From Anthoceros angustus (Eukaryota > Plantae > Anthocerotophyta), in contig MU008166.1 of assembly GCA_010909165.1 (NCBI GenBank), positions 1,240,001 to 1,304,000 of the forward strand: a stretch of 64,000 nucleotides of DNA, in the 5' to 3' direction. The position numbers were made by a program, and so were the translations under genes. Shown one piece after another: positions 1 to 10,941 of this stretch (position 1 is the stretch's first letter; each line of letters opens with the position of its first letter). Below the pieces are notes generated by a model. The model did no database searches, was not told the DNA's origin, and saw nothing but the letters and a program-made list of their open reading frames with translations.

Positions 1-68
1 TTTGTATTGCCTTCAGCCTGAAAGCGTTGCTCCGACAGAGCTTCTCTTTGTCATGCTTTGACTGCAGG

Positions 69-368
69 CTGTAGCCGTCAATAACATTGGAAAATGGAAG
101 ACAGCCTCTCAAATGGTTGCACTGACACTTCTGCTGATCGCCAAAGATGGCAGGTGCGGCTCCAGTCTCTTGCTCGCTCTTCTATTGTTCACTCTGTGCA
201 CCTGGGGAATACGGAAATGACTCCTTGTGATCTTCTGTGATAACAGCTTTGATGCAGGAGGGTGGATTTCAGTTTCTGGTCTGGGTTTGCTCTACATGGC
301 TGGAGTCCTTGCTTGGTGGTCCCTGGCCATATATATGAAGGCTATTTGGGGAAGTTTTTCGAAGTAAA
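69..368 (+). CDS. 3' end (last two exons, 69-152 and 259-368) of CDP-diacylglycerol--glycerol-3-phosphate 3-phosphatidyltransferase (PGP synthase); the rest of the gene lies left of the window
   Basis: Manual translation gives AVAVNNIGKWKTASQMVALTLLLIAKDG, matching the plant PGP synthase C-terminal motif (AVAVNNLGKWKTATQM), then a hydrophobic exon ending in TAA at 366-368; AG/GT boundaries present. Confidence 0.85.
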
Positions 369-552
369 CAGACTGTCCTCAGCCTGGGTATTCACAGTAA
401 AAATCACCGTCCACCAGCACACTCAATAGCAGCAGCATATCGCTTATTACTGACCTAATTATTTGAAAAATTCCATGAAAGTGTTTCACTATTCTGCACT
501 ACATCACTGCCTACAGAATCTCGCATCACGTCCAAATGAGCAACAGACGTGT

Positions 553-827
553 TCAGCGCTTGCTCTTGCCCATGCTCAGAAGCCCAGCAACCGAGGCACA
601 ATGCGTGGACTTGTAGCTGCACTTCTCGCAGCAGCTCTGCAGTTTCTCCACTGCATCCAGACATCTGCGAATCGACATCCAGACTCAGCCTCCTCAATTG
701 CAGCTTTCACACCGAAAAGAGCATCAACATCTCCGCAGGTGCACCTGTCAGTGCGAAAATTGTTCTTCACGAGACAGTTTTGAATGTTGCAAGCTTCCTG
801 CTTGCATGGCTCCTTCTTCGGCGGCAT
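553..827 (-). CDS. CMC4: Cx9C motif-containing protein 4 (mitochondrial intermembrane space), 2 exons (827-745, 664-553), 64 aa
   Basis: Spliced translation MPPKKEPCKQEACNIQNCLVKNNFRTDRCLDAVEKLQSCCEKCSYKSTHCASVAGLLSMGKSKR*; twin Cx9C spacing; GT-AG intron 744-665 keeps the frame. Confidence 0.88.
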
Positions 828-1102
828 CCAGAACTACTCTCGTCTACCTTCAGATACAATTCAGACGTATACCGTCAGAAACAACCCTAAACCATCGACT
901 CGTCAACAACAATAATCCTCGCCTTCCAGGTCCGATTCACGCTTACAACCACAATTATAGCAGAAATTGAAGCCAGAACCGAACAAAAGCAGAGCATCCG
1001 AGGTCCAGACAACATCCTCCAGCAATTTGCGGTGACTAACCAACCTCATAGCAGAGGAGATGAGCAAAAAGAACCACACCTTGAGCGCAAATTCGCAGGA
1101 AT

Positions 1103-1279
1103 TCAGTCGAGGTCGGTGTCATCAAAATCGTCCGCAAAGTTATCGAAGAAGTTGCCGAAAACGATGATCGGAGGTTCAGCACTCGCATCTACGTCACAGT
1201 CTACGTGTCCCACGTCCCCGTCCACCATAGAATCGCCATCAGGCAGCAGCACGACACGCTTCTTCCTCGCCCTCTCCAT
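1103..1279 (-). CDS. Small acidic protein SMAP / CSN9 (CSNAP, MYEOV2)-like, 58 aa
   Basis: ATG at 1279 in strong context (gccATGG); C-terminus NFFDNFADDFDDTDLD matches the F/D-rich tail of SMAP1 and CSNAP. Confidence 0.72.
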   Translation of the reverse strand: MERARKKRVVLLPDGDSMVDGDVGHVDCDVDASAEPPIIVFGNFFDNFADDFDDTDLD

Positions 1280-1379
1280 GGCCAGAAGACAGAGAGCACT
1301 TCTGTACAATTTCAATAACGAAAGTACGTTTATGGTGGATAGGTTTATCTCAATAAATCAGTACTTATCTAATTAGAAG

Positions 1380-1449
1380 GGGCCTATTCTAGTCCAACGA
1401 AGAAAAAGAAGTCCATCATAGTCCACTTGGACACACAGTTTTAGGGTTT
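1380..1449 (-). promoter_or_regulatory. Putative housekeeping promoter of SMAP/CMC4 with telo-box and GGGCC site-II-like motif
   Basis: AAACCCTAA on the - strand at 1441-1449 and GGGCC at ~1380, 100-170 bp upstream of the SMAP ATG. Confidence 0.45.
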
Positions 1450-1914
1450 GATTGGCTGGCGGGACGTTGTCGCCAAACAGGTGGAGTACGTGGGAAATGT
1501 TTCCTGTTCAAAACACAGTTTTCCAAATATTCAACCTGCCAGCAGGTTTCATTTTCCAGGGCCCGTCTTTCCTTGGTCTCATGTGGAAGAGATCAGCGGC
1601 CTTATTTTCTCCTCCAATCTCGGTAATGGAGCTCCCGGACTGGTGGAGGAGGCGATCAGAAGCCATCGGAACTGTCGCGGCTTTCCTCCGCTCCATCAGG
1701 TGTGCAGCTACGTATCTGGACAGCAAAAGCCATGTGTTTCTGTGGTTTTCAAATCCGCGTCAGATCCGGGCATCTTCGCACACATGTATACTGGTGGAAA
1801 AGCTTATTTTCGCTTGCTTACAAGGAAGAATCCAAATATACCTAGTGGATTGTGACGAACCAATCCCAGCGTGGCCACAGAACCGTGCTTCTCTCTCATC
1901 ACTTTCCTGACCTG

Positions 1915-2420
1915 ACAAGCTAGTGAATCGTGATGCAGCAGCCAACCCGTACAGCTACAGGATCCATACATAAACTATGGAGGCCGGCATACTAGATCTG
2001 TGATGAAGAGGTAGGCAGCCAGAAGCAGCAAAGTCCAAAGATGGTGCATCCACTTTTCGGAGGCAGCAGAATGTCCTTGGCATTTCTTTCATCCATTCCT
2101 CCACCTAGTTTTGTGAATCAGCAGCCAGCCACTCTTCCAGTATCCACATTCGCATGGAGACCGGCACCATAGGTTTGTGACGAAGGCGGGAAGGTCCTTG
2201 TGGCATTCCTTCATCCATCTCTAGACCTAATTTTGTGACGCAGCAGCCAACTGGTACAGCTATGCACATATCCGTGTGGAGGCAAGCCGGCTATGCGCAT
2301 ATGTGATGAAGGCAGGCAGGGCAGGTACCAGCTTCCAGCTGAGTCCAAGACGGCGAATCCGATTGGCGGAGGCCGCCTGTGTCCTTGGCGTTGTTTCAAG
2401 CTTCATCAATTCCTTCACCT
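1915..2420. repeat. Diverged three-unit direct repeat (~190 bp units, middle unit internally deleted)
   Basis: Recurring blocks (t)gtga..cagcagcca, tgga...ccggc, tgtga(t/c)gaag and ttcatc..ttcct.cacct in units starting near 1920, 2105 and 2228. Confidence 0.6.
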
Positions 2421-2599
2421 TGAAGCTGGCGAGCATTGCAGCAACACTGTGGATTGCGCACTGGCACACGCTAATCCCGGCATTTACAAACAGCGCACCC
2501 TGTGACACCTGCTCCCCAGGCTCCCCTTCCAGGTAAATTTAGTACGCCTTCAAACCCCACGTCCTTCCACCATGCAACGGCACGTAGTGACGTCTACAT

Positions 2600-5500
2600 A
2601 GAGTATGTAGCCCTAACCCGCGTCCTGCCGCCTGCCTGCAGGCCTGCAGGCGGTCACGCCCGGTCGCGCCCGGTCTCTCCTGCAAGAGACCCGGACGCCG
2701 GGTCGGTCCGGGCCGAGCCGGGGCGGGGCGGGGTCCGGCCTGGACCCACCAGGCCCAGGCCCGGGCCGAGCCTGGCGGAGCGGGCCCCGCGTGGCCTTTG
2801 TCCCAACGGCATGCACTGCGGTCTGAGTTGGCGCCTGTGTGTGCTGCACTCGTCAGAGCACTCCAGCTCGTTTGGAATTCGAAACAGATTTGTGGTGGGG
2901 CGGGGTCGGGATTCCGAGCGCGCCCACCTGCTCGCATCAACAACCAGGTGGGAAACCGGCCTCTTTAAATCCAGCTTTTCTAGCACCGTCTTTATGACGC
3001 CATTTCCCATTTCGGGGACGGCGCGTGCGTCCAGACTGCGTGCTAATGTCGGGCGTGAGTCATGTCCGGGGGCGGCACAAGTCCCCACACGGGCTCCTGG
3101 GCCCACCGGAATCCGGGCGGATATTCCCAGCTGCTTATTCGGAGTCACCCGGATTGGCAGATTGGCACGGCCGCATTGCGGTTAGTAATCGGATCAGGAT
3201 TAAGATTAAGCCGGGCCAGGAAGCCGCTGGCCACCTTCCTGTCACGCGCTTGCCGCACCGGCCCCGGCCGCGGACACCTGGACGCGGGAAGAAAGGGTAG
3301 CCCCCGTCGGCCCCGCGACGGTCGCCGACCCTGTCAACGGTCACTGCCCGTTGTGACTTGGGTCATTTCCTCGTCGCCGCACTCACCGGCTGATGCCTGG
3401 GCCGACGCGCGGGCTGGTCTGAGAAGGAGCTCAGCAAGAGCAGGAGAAATGCGCGCTTTGTTTCCTATGTGAAATGTGAATTGGAGTCATGAAGCCCACT
3501 TTACCGCCAACCCCTCGAACAAGACATCGTCGTCATGTCAGGGAGGAGAAGCTAGCTCAGGTGCTTGTGCACCCATTTGCTTATGGATAAGTTGCATTTC
3601 AAGTGATCCACATTCTCACCTTGCTTGACTGGAGTGGTGTTTGTAGATTTTTAGTGAATTGAAGATTAGTCCACGAAATTATGCCAAGTCACTTGAAGGG
3701 AACAAGACATGGCAGATCAGACCGAACGAGCTTCAAAGCCCTTTGGTGCGCAAATTAAACCTGAGCCATATACAAAGAAAGAGGAACATGAGAGTGTATT
3801 CTAGCGATGAGCAATTCAAGGAATTTTTTAAGGTAGAAGTGTGGCATATGGGGCAAAGATGTTTGGTTTGAGTTTTGCAACACATGGCATGGCCTTTGGA
3901 TTTTTATTCAAGCCATGGGAATTTCGATGGGAGTATTGATTAGATATTTGAACGTAGCTAGAGGGTGGAGATGAAAAACGCCACGTTGATGAAATGTCAC
4001 CCATTGCTAGCAAAGTTGAGCAAGTAGCTCGAGAAGTTATCGATAAAACTGCGGTATTTGATGCAAGGTAATGGGCTTTCGTGGTTTATTTGGTTGCAAG
4101 AACTGGAATGCACATGCAAGGGATCTTTTTAGAAGTGCGCTATGGTGTGATAGAATACAGCATGGAGTATGGTCCCAATTGGGGAAACCTTATGAACCTC
4201 TCGGTGAACCTGCAAGTGGAATTCCACATTCTACTCCTATACCACCTTTGCAAATCAACCTTGGTCATGAGATTGAAGACGATGAGCCATTTTCTTTTTT
4301 CGAATACGAGCATATCAAGTATGGATCAAGCTTTTGGAGGCCCCCTCGACAAATAAATAGAAAAAAGAATTTTAGGTTGAGAAGACAACTTCTTTTGGAA
4401 TATTTGAAACATGGATCAAATATGAATCTCGCTTTCAAAAAGATGGGTCTTCTTCATCTTCATGGTACTCATTTGAAAGCTCAAAATGTTGTATGGTTTT
4501 GGCATCATTTTTATGTCTTCTTTACTATGAACTAATATTTTGATAATCTTCTTGCAGACATTGATTATGCTAAATTTCCAAGGCATTTGGTTGATGAGCT
4601 GGAACTTCTTAAAAAGACTGTCCAAGTATGAGATTTTAGGTCTTGGCTGTACATTTCAGTACTTCTTATTATTTGTAAAATAAACTTTTGTCATAGCCAA
4701 CTAATTCTTTCCCGTACCTTGAATAGGTTGGAGGCATATTTTCGGATGAGAAAAGTGCTATACACACAACACCTCCATCAAAAGGATTGAAAATTGATTT
4801 AGGTATGGTAAAAGAACTCATATATACTTTATGAATGAATGTTTTTGCAAAGGGAAGAGCGTTCATGTAGAACATACAAAAGGTTTAACTACTTTTAATG
4901 TGAACATCTTACAAAAAAAAAAATTCTAAAAATAGATGGAGCTACAGCAATTGAGTATCAGAAGTATGATGACAGGTAATTAATATCTATCATCTAAAAG
5001 TGCTAATAGTTTCTAATTAAATTCATACATAGTAGATTATGCAAACTGAAACTAAACTTCCCATGTCTTTTCACATAACAGTTCAAGTGTGAGGCCTCCA
5101 TCTTCGACAACTCCGGTATATTTTTGAAGTTATTCTATTTTATATAATAGAATGATCAATTATTTGTAATAATCAAAAGGTCTACTTATACATCAACAAT
5201 GTTATTTTGATAGAGTACCGTTATTGGAACAGATGATCTTACATGCTCTTATAGGAGCGGAGCGTTTATGATGCCTCAAACTCCATCAACTTTACATTCA
5301 TCTGTAGCATTTCGTAGTCATACTCCCTATGCAAAAGTAAGCAACACCTTTTTACTAGATTAAAATTTTGGTTCCTAAAGTAGCACACAATAACTTAGAG
5401 TATTTTATATGTAAAGGAATTTTCACCTCCTCCAAATTCAGCAGGAGTGTCTCACACTTCAAGACCAATTTCTAGTCCTCCTTTGACGGCGAATACATCC

Positions 5501-7060
5501 ACTGATGTTGAACCAATACAATTGACACAAGAAGAGATTCCAGTGGTATGAGATCCTTATACACTTTTCAAGATCAATTTTACATTGAATTCGAATCCAG
5601 TTACTCATGTTTCATGTTACAAAATAAAGGGCAAAAAAGTGTTCGAGTGGAAAAAGCATTTCCTTCTTCTTCGTCAAAATCTGCATGAGAATTTGGAAAC
5701 AAAACTACTTGCTAGAGTTGATCGTAGAGAGCGTTGCAGAACATCTTCACCCCTTCCTGCAGAGGTATAATCTTCTATATATAAATATATTTTAAAGCAT
5801 GTTTAGAAGTATAACCTGCGGTAGTATATCTTTTCCTATGTAAATATATTTTAAATTTTATTGATTTTGAGTACCTATAATGTATTTCAAATATCACATT
5901 CTTTACAATCATTTTCAAGGTAGCTGATATGTTAATGTCATATCTACAAAATGGACGAACAACACCTATGTTTACAACACAACTATGGTAAGAACGACAA
6001 ACGTACCTTGAGTTAACAAATTGATCGACCTTTACGGTAATTGAATATGTTCTAATTTATGAAAGGAAACAAGCGCAACAAAAAGTGCCACCTCGAGCTG
6101 CATCTGCTCCCTTATACCCAGAGGTTGAACTGATTAACAAATTTTATAAAAAAGTGTGTGCATATGTGCATAACCAAAAAATGGCAGATCCACTGATGGA
6201 TATCATTGTACATGAGCTTAAGAGGTACGTGTCTGAAAATTAATTTAAAAATAAATGATATGAAAAATCTCTTTACCTTTCTAATTGTGTACATGTGTTC
6301 TAACACTAGGTTGCTTGAAAGTGGTTCAAAACTCAATAGAGAGCTTATGATGAATGTGTGCCAACACCTTGCTACTCTTCCACGTAAAATCTCTTATTCT
6401 CTTTATTGTTGGGCTTCCTATATTATGACAATAAGTATTTATAACGAAATATATAAAATTAATTTATAATACTAAAGAAAAATATATAAAAAACTATATG
6501 TTATGAACAGATGACACTTTAACTTTGGGAAAACTATCAAGCGTATTACCAATTCTGCAATTTATGAGGAAAACCTTGCACATAACGGGCAATGAATATC
6601 TTGGAATTTTAAAACATTCTGGTTTAGATCGGGCTGTATTAGCTGAACAACGTCATTCTGTGTTAGATGTAAGGTGAATTTCTTGTAGACAGTGATCTTA
6701 CAAAGTTGTTATAACCCATATAGCTATTTTGACCATCTTGGTGTCTAGTGATGTGCACTAGACCTTGTGCCACGAGATTTCACTCTTTAGTGTTTAGAAG
6801 CCCAATACAAGTACCTACACAAGGAGTCTCGTGTTGGAGAACTCACACATGGCACTCCTATTTAACTATTAGTAATTATTTAACTACTTAGTAATTATTT
6901 AACTACTTAGCAATTATTTAACTACTTAGCAATTATTTAACTAACTAGATACATGACTGACTAGCTTTAATAATAAAAGACTTAAGAGCTGTTTGTTTTT
7001 TCTAATATTTTATCATGATAGAATTAATATTATAAGCCAGATTTTCTTCCTACATACACT
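2600..7060. mobile_element. Unclassified degraded TE-like region: GC-rich block (2610-3440) followed by an AT-rich block with decayed, intron-containing ORF remnants
   Basis: Sharp composition shifts relative to flanking genes; short stop-riddled ORFs; no recognisable domain; termini not established. Confidence 0.35.
6859..6945. repeat. 19-bp AT-rich minisatellite, ~4.5 copies
   Basis: tatttaactacttag(t/c)aat repeated in tandem. Confidence 0.9.
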
Positions 7061-8609
7061 AGTGAAAGTTAGGAAGCGAGGCAAGGTGGAACCAGCAGGC
7101 TGTACTGTTTTGGTAAGCAGGAAGCAGGAAGCAGGAAGCAGGAGGGCAATTTCGTGGGCGGCCTCATGGAGTACGGGTACATGGCTACCTACAGGATTCG
7201 AGAGTTCTAGAAGTGTGTAAACTGTGAAGTGTGGGTGTTAATAACTGGGGTGGAGACGGAGCTAGAATGCTAGATCCGAGCCGTGGTCCCGCGGTCCACA
7301 CAACATGCCAAATCCCAGCTCCGTGACGTTGACTGGACCTGAAAGGGATTTGGAAAATTGAACGAGCACACTTATCCTGCAGCCACGGGTTCGAAATGCA
7401 GGGTTGGAGGTCCGGAGCCAGGCCCAGCCCGGTCCGGTCCGAGCCTGGCGGTGGCTTCTTTCCGAAGTCTTGAGAGATTGCTGCTGGGCTACATACTGGA
7501 CTGCGGCTTTTCCCCCTCTCCAGCCTCCACCGTCTGCCGCCATCGCCATCTCTTGTTCCCTCCTGCTCGCCTCTTTCTAAGGTGCCAGCGCTGCTCTCTT
7601 TTCCCTCCTGGCACCCGCGCTGCTCGCCTCGCTCTGGCTCCGCCATCGCCCAGGTACCCTGCCTTCCTCCCCGCGTCATTTTCCTCTACGGACTGAGCGA
7701 GTGCGGGTCTGCGCGTGTGGTGAGTGTGCTGCTGCGTCTTGCCATGTGCTGGAGCCCGTGTTTGTGTCAGTCCGTTTGAAAGAGAGCTGCGGGGCGTGCT
7801 CCACAGCTGGCCGCGCTGAGCCTTATCGCGCCCGCCTGCCCGGTATTGTTCCTCAAGGCGGGCTGGCGGGGGTGCGTGAGGGCTGGAAGCTGCCGCTGCC
7901 CTTGCCCTTGGAGCGTACTTGTCTTGATCTGCTCCGGGGTGCGGTGTCCTGGGATCGGAGCTCAGATGCCGGTGTCGGAGGGTGTTTGTGGGCGGTAGAT
8001 CCAGTGGCTGGGAGGGAGGGGTGGTTTGTGGGTTTTGCTGGGCGTGGAGTTTGATTGCTGAGAGCGGTACCCTGGCGTCTGCTTTGTACACGATGGGTGT
8101 GTTTTGTGGGTGTTAATGTGAGGTGTATGGGGTTTTGTTCAGGTAGCTGCAAAAGGCGGCGGTACAATTTTGCTTCCGCGGGAGCCAGCGAGTTTGTCCT
8201 TCCGGAATAACGTGTGTTTAGAAAGAGGTCGATTGAGGCGTCTGTTGAGACAATAAGTCTTGTGCGCGGTGGAAGCTGCTGCTCAAGAAAGAGGGGGTCG
8301 TGGTGATCTGCTGAGATCGGTGGGAGCAGGTTGTAGCGGTGCAGGTTTTGGAGCAGGAGGCGGCTGCGGGGGGATCGGTGGGTTGTATATAAGGTTGGAG
8401 TGGAAGTGTGGATAGCCGGCAGGCAGCTCGGGAGGAATTGTGGAATAGATTGAGAGCAGGAGCAGCTGAAGCGGCTCCAGAGATTCCAGCGCGGTTCTGG
8501 GCTTATTTCGACTTCGCTTCGTCGGAGCGTCTGGTTCTGCTTCGCTGATCGCTCTCGGTATTTAGTGTGTGCTACCATTTTCGGCATTGGTTTAGGTCCT
8601 CAGTTCAAA

Positions 8610-9915
8610 CTGGCGAATCCCTACGTCAACTGGCAGTATGGGGACCAGATTGGGCCCAATGTGGTCCCTGGGAGGACGACGACGGATAGAAAATGGTCCC
8701 CCCCTGGCTTCAATCAAACTTTTGAGCAAGAGCGGCGGACCAACAAAGTGGCTGAGCCGAAACGGCCGGTTGGGGGGCATAAGGGCCCCGACTCCAAGCG
8801 TGGAAGCGGGGCCCTAGCGCATAACAAGGCGGTGGTGGGAGGGAAAGCAGGAGCTATTGATCCCGTGGTCAGTGGGAACATGACTGGTGTCTTCAACGGA
8901 AATATCGTTTACAACACAGTGACCAACAGTCACGACAAGCGGTTCAAGTCCCTGCCGGCTAGTGAAATGCTACCCAGGAACGAGACTCTCGGGGGGTACA
9001 TTTTTGTCTGCAACAACGATACTATGCAAGAGGATCTTAAACGGCAGCTTTTCGGTTAGTTTGTCAGTCCTCCAACTTGTGCACTGTGTACGTTCGTTTG
9101 TGGCTTGTCTGTCACGCTTCTGTCGAGGAGGGGAATGGCCTAGGTCGTGTGCAATGGGCTCGTCTTAGACTTTGGTTGTCTCACTGACGAAGTTATTCTT
9201 CACAGGTTTACCTCAGAGGTTCAGAGACTCAGTACGTACCATCCAGCCTGGCCTCCCACTTTTCCTGTACAACTATACAACACATCAGCTTCACGGCGTA
9301 TTTGAGGTGGGATTCCCAAGTGCACCAGATGACTGCTTTGGAGCTGAGCCTGTGTGTTGGCTGCCCTGAATTTTCCATGGGTGCTTGTGTTTCCTTGAAT
9401 GTAGACCCTTGCTTTCTCACCCTGTCCTGACGGAACCTTTCCTGTTTTGTTCCAGGCTGCCAGTTTTGGAGGATCGAACATAGACCCAACGGCCTGGGAA
9501 GACAAAAAATGTCGGGGCGAGTCTCGGTTCCCAGCACAGGTCAGCTTGCTTTCGCGGTCTTCACGAAGTGGTTCTGTTTTGTCAGGAATGTTCTGAAAGA
9601 GGACTTTGGAAGGCCTTGTGATACTTTGTGCTTACATTTTGGTTGATGATGTCAGGTCCGAACCCGGGTTAGAAAGCTCTGCAAGGCATTAGAAGAAGAC
9701 TCCTTTAGACCTGTCTTACATCACTATGATGGCCCGAAGTTCCGGTTGCAGCTTTCCGTTCCTGAGGTAGCTCTCTGTCCCCCCTGTCTTGTATATATAT
9801 GGGTACATACATGTTTGGGAATCCTTGCCTGTGAGGATACAGCACTTACCTGTTCGCTTTTTATTTGCAGACTTTGCAGCTGCTGGACTTGTTCTCCACC
9901 AATGGGCCTCCCTGA
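8610..9915 (+). CDS. DCD (development and cell death) domain protein, NRP/B2 type; exons 8610-9054, 9206-9306, 9456-9539, 9656-9766, 9871-9915; start codon uncertain (CTG 8610 proposed, first in-frame ATG 8880)
   Basis: LPRNETLGGYIFVCNNDTMQEDLKRQLFGLP...PGLPLFLYNYTTHQLHGVFEAASFGGSNIDPTAWEDKKC..ESRFPAQVR is the canonical DCD domain; all introns GT-AG. Confidence 0.93.
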
Positions 9916-10941
9916 TGCCTGTGGGGGATATCAGGTCCTGACTTGTGCAAGCAAGTTGGAGTCTGTTTGTGAAATGCTCCACAGGTTTCGCTTTCGAAGT
10001 ACATCAGCCACACCACCCGATTGAAGGCCAACAGAGACGCTGACTTAGGCGGGTGCGAAAGTGGAATATAAGTTATCAAATTTCAAAAGATGGGAGCTCG
10101 GCGAGGATTAGGTGGAAGTGGCTGTCTGATAAGAAAATAAATTCTTATCTGGCTTGTGGTTTCTGTAGCGAGTTGAACCGTGGGATATAACAAGATCCCA
10201 GGCGTAGAAATGGGGTAAAAGGTACAAAATAGTAAACACTAATCGCCAAACTGCACGCCGGCCTTAGGCACTAGTGTGATCCGCTGGCCTAGGCTGAGTG
10301 TCCACATCTGCCCTGGGCAGATGTGATGTGAATAAATGACAACAATATTTATTACGAGTTATAATTCTGCTGCTTCCTATGTTGAGCACCGGCTACCAAG
10401 TCTCCTTATCCGGCACGAACTGACAAGCGTATGTTCGTTGCGAGTTCCCCTGTTGGCAAGATAGGAAATATTGCTGTCAGTTCCAGCATGTATACCCATG
10501 TTGGGAAGGTGTCATCGGTCGGGAAGTAACCTTTTCGCTCCGAGACAACTTGTGGATCCAAGCCCAGTGTACAATGTTGGCAACTTGGCACATGGTTATG
10601 ACCACACAGCGCACATGAGAGTCAGAAGGGTCTGAAACATAGCTGTCCCGAACAGCGCAAAAGTTTCTGACGCTATATGCTTAAAACACGTGATACAACA
10701 TAAGAATAATGGTACAATGGATGACTTCTTCCCACATTTTCAATAAGTGGTATCACTATCAAATCATTATCCAAAGCAAAAATCACTTGCAAAAGCTTGG
10801 CTCTTGGCTCGTCTGGCCTCACCGGAGCGCTAAAAGGTTGCTCAACCCGCGAACTGAGGGGAAAAACAAAGTAATCCCAGATTGCTGTCACATCTCCAAC
10901 ATGTGGCCAAAAAAATACTCGTACATATATTTACATGAATC

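Noticed and set aside
2502-3472. Long overlapping ORFs on both strands
   Set aside because: Expected in very GC-rich sequence; low-complexity P/R/G/A translations with no domain
6743-6763. Hairpin GTCTAGTG-atgtg-CACTAGAC as a Helitron 3' end
   Set aside because: No CTRR terminus at the expected distance on either strand
7185-8587. ORFs of 160-244 aa on the - strand
   Set aside because: Antisense to the DCD promoter, leader and intron; no recognisable motifs
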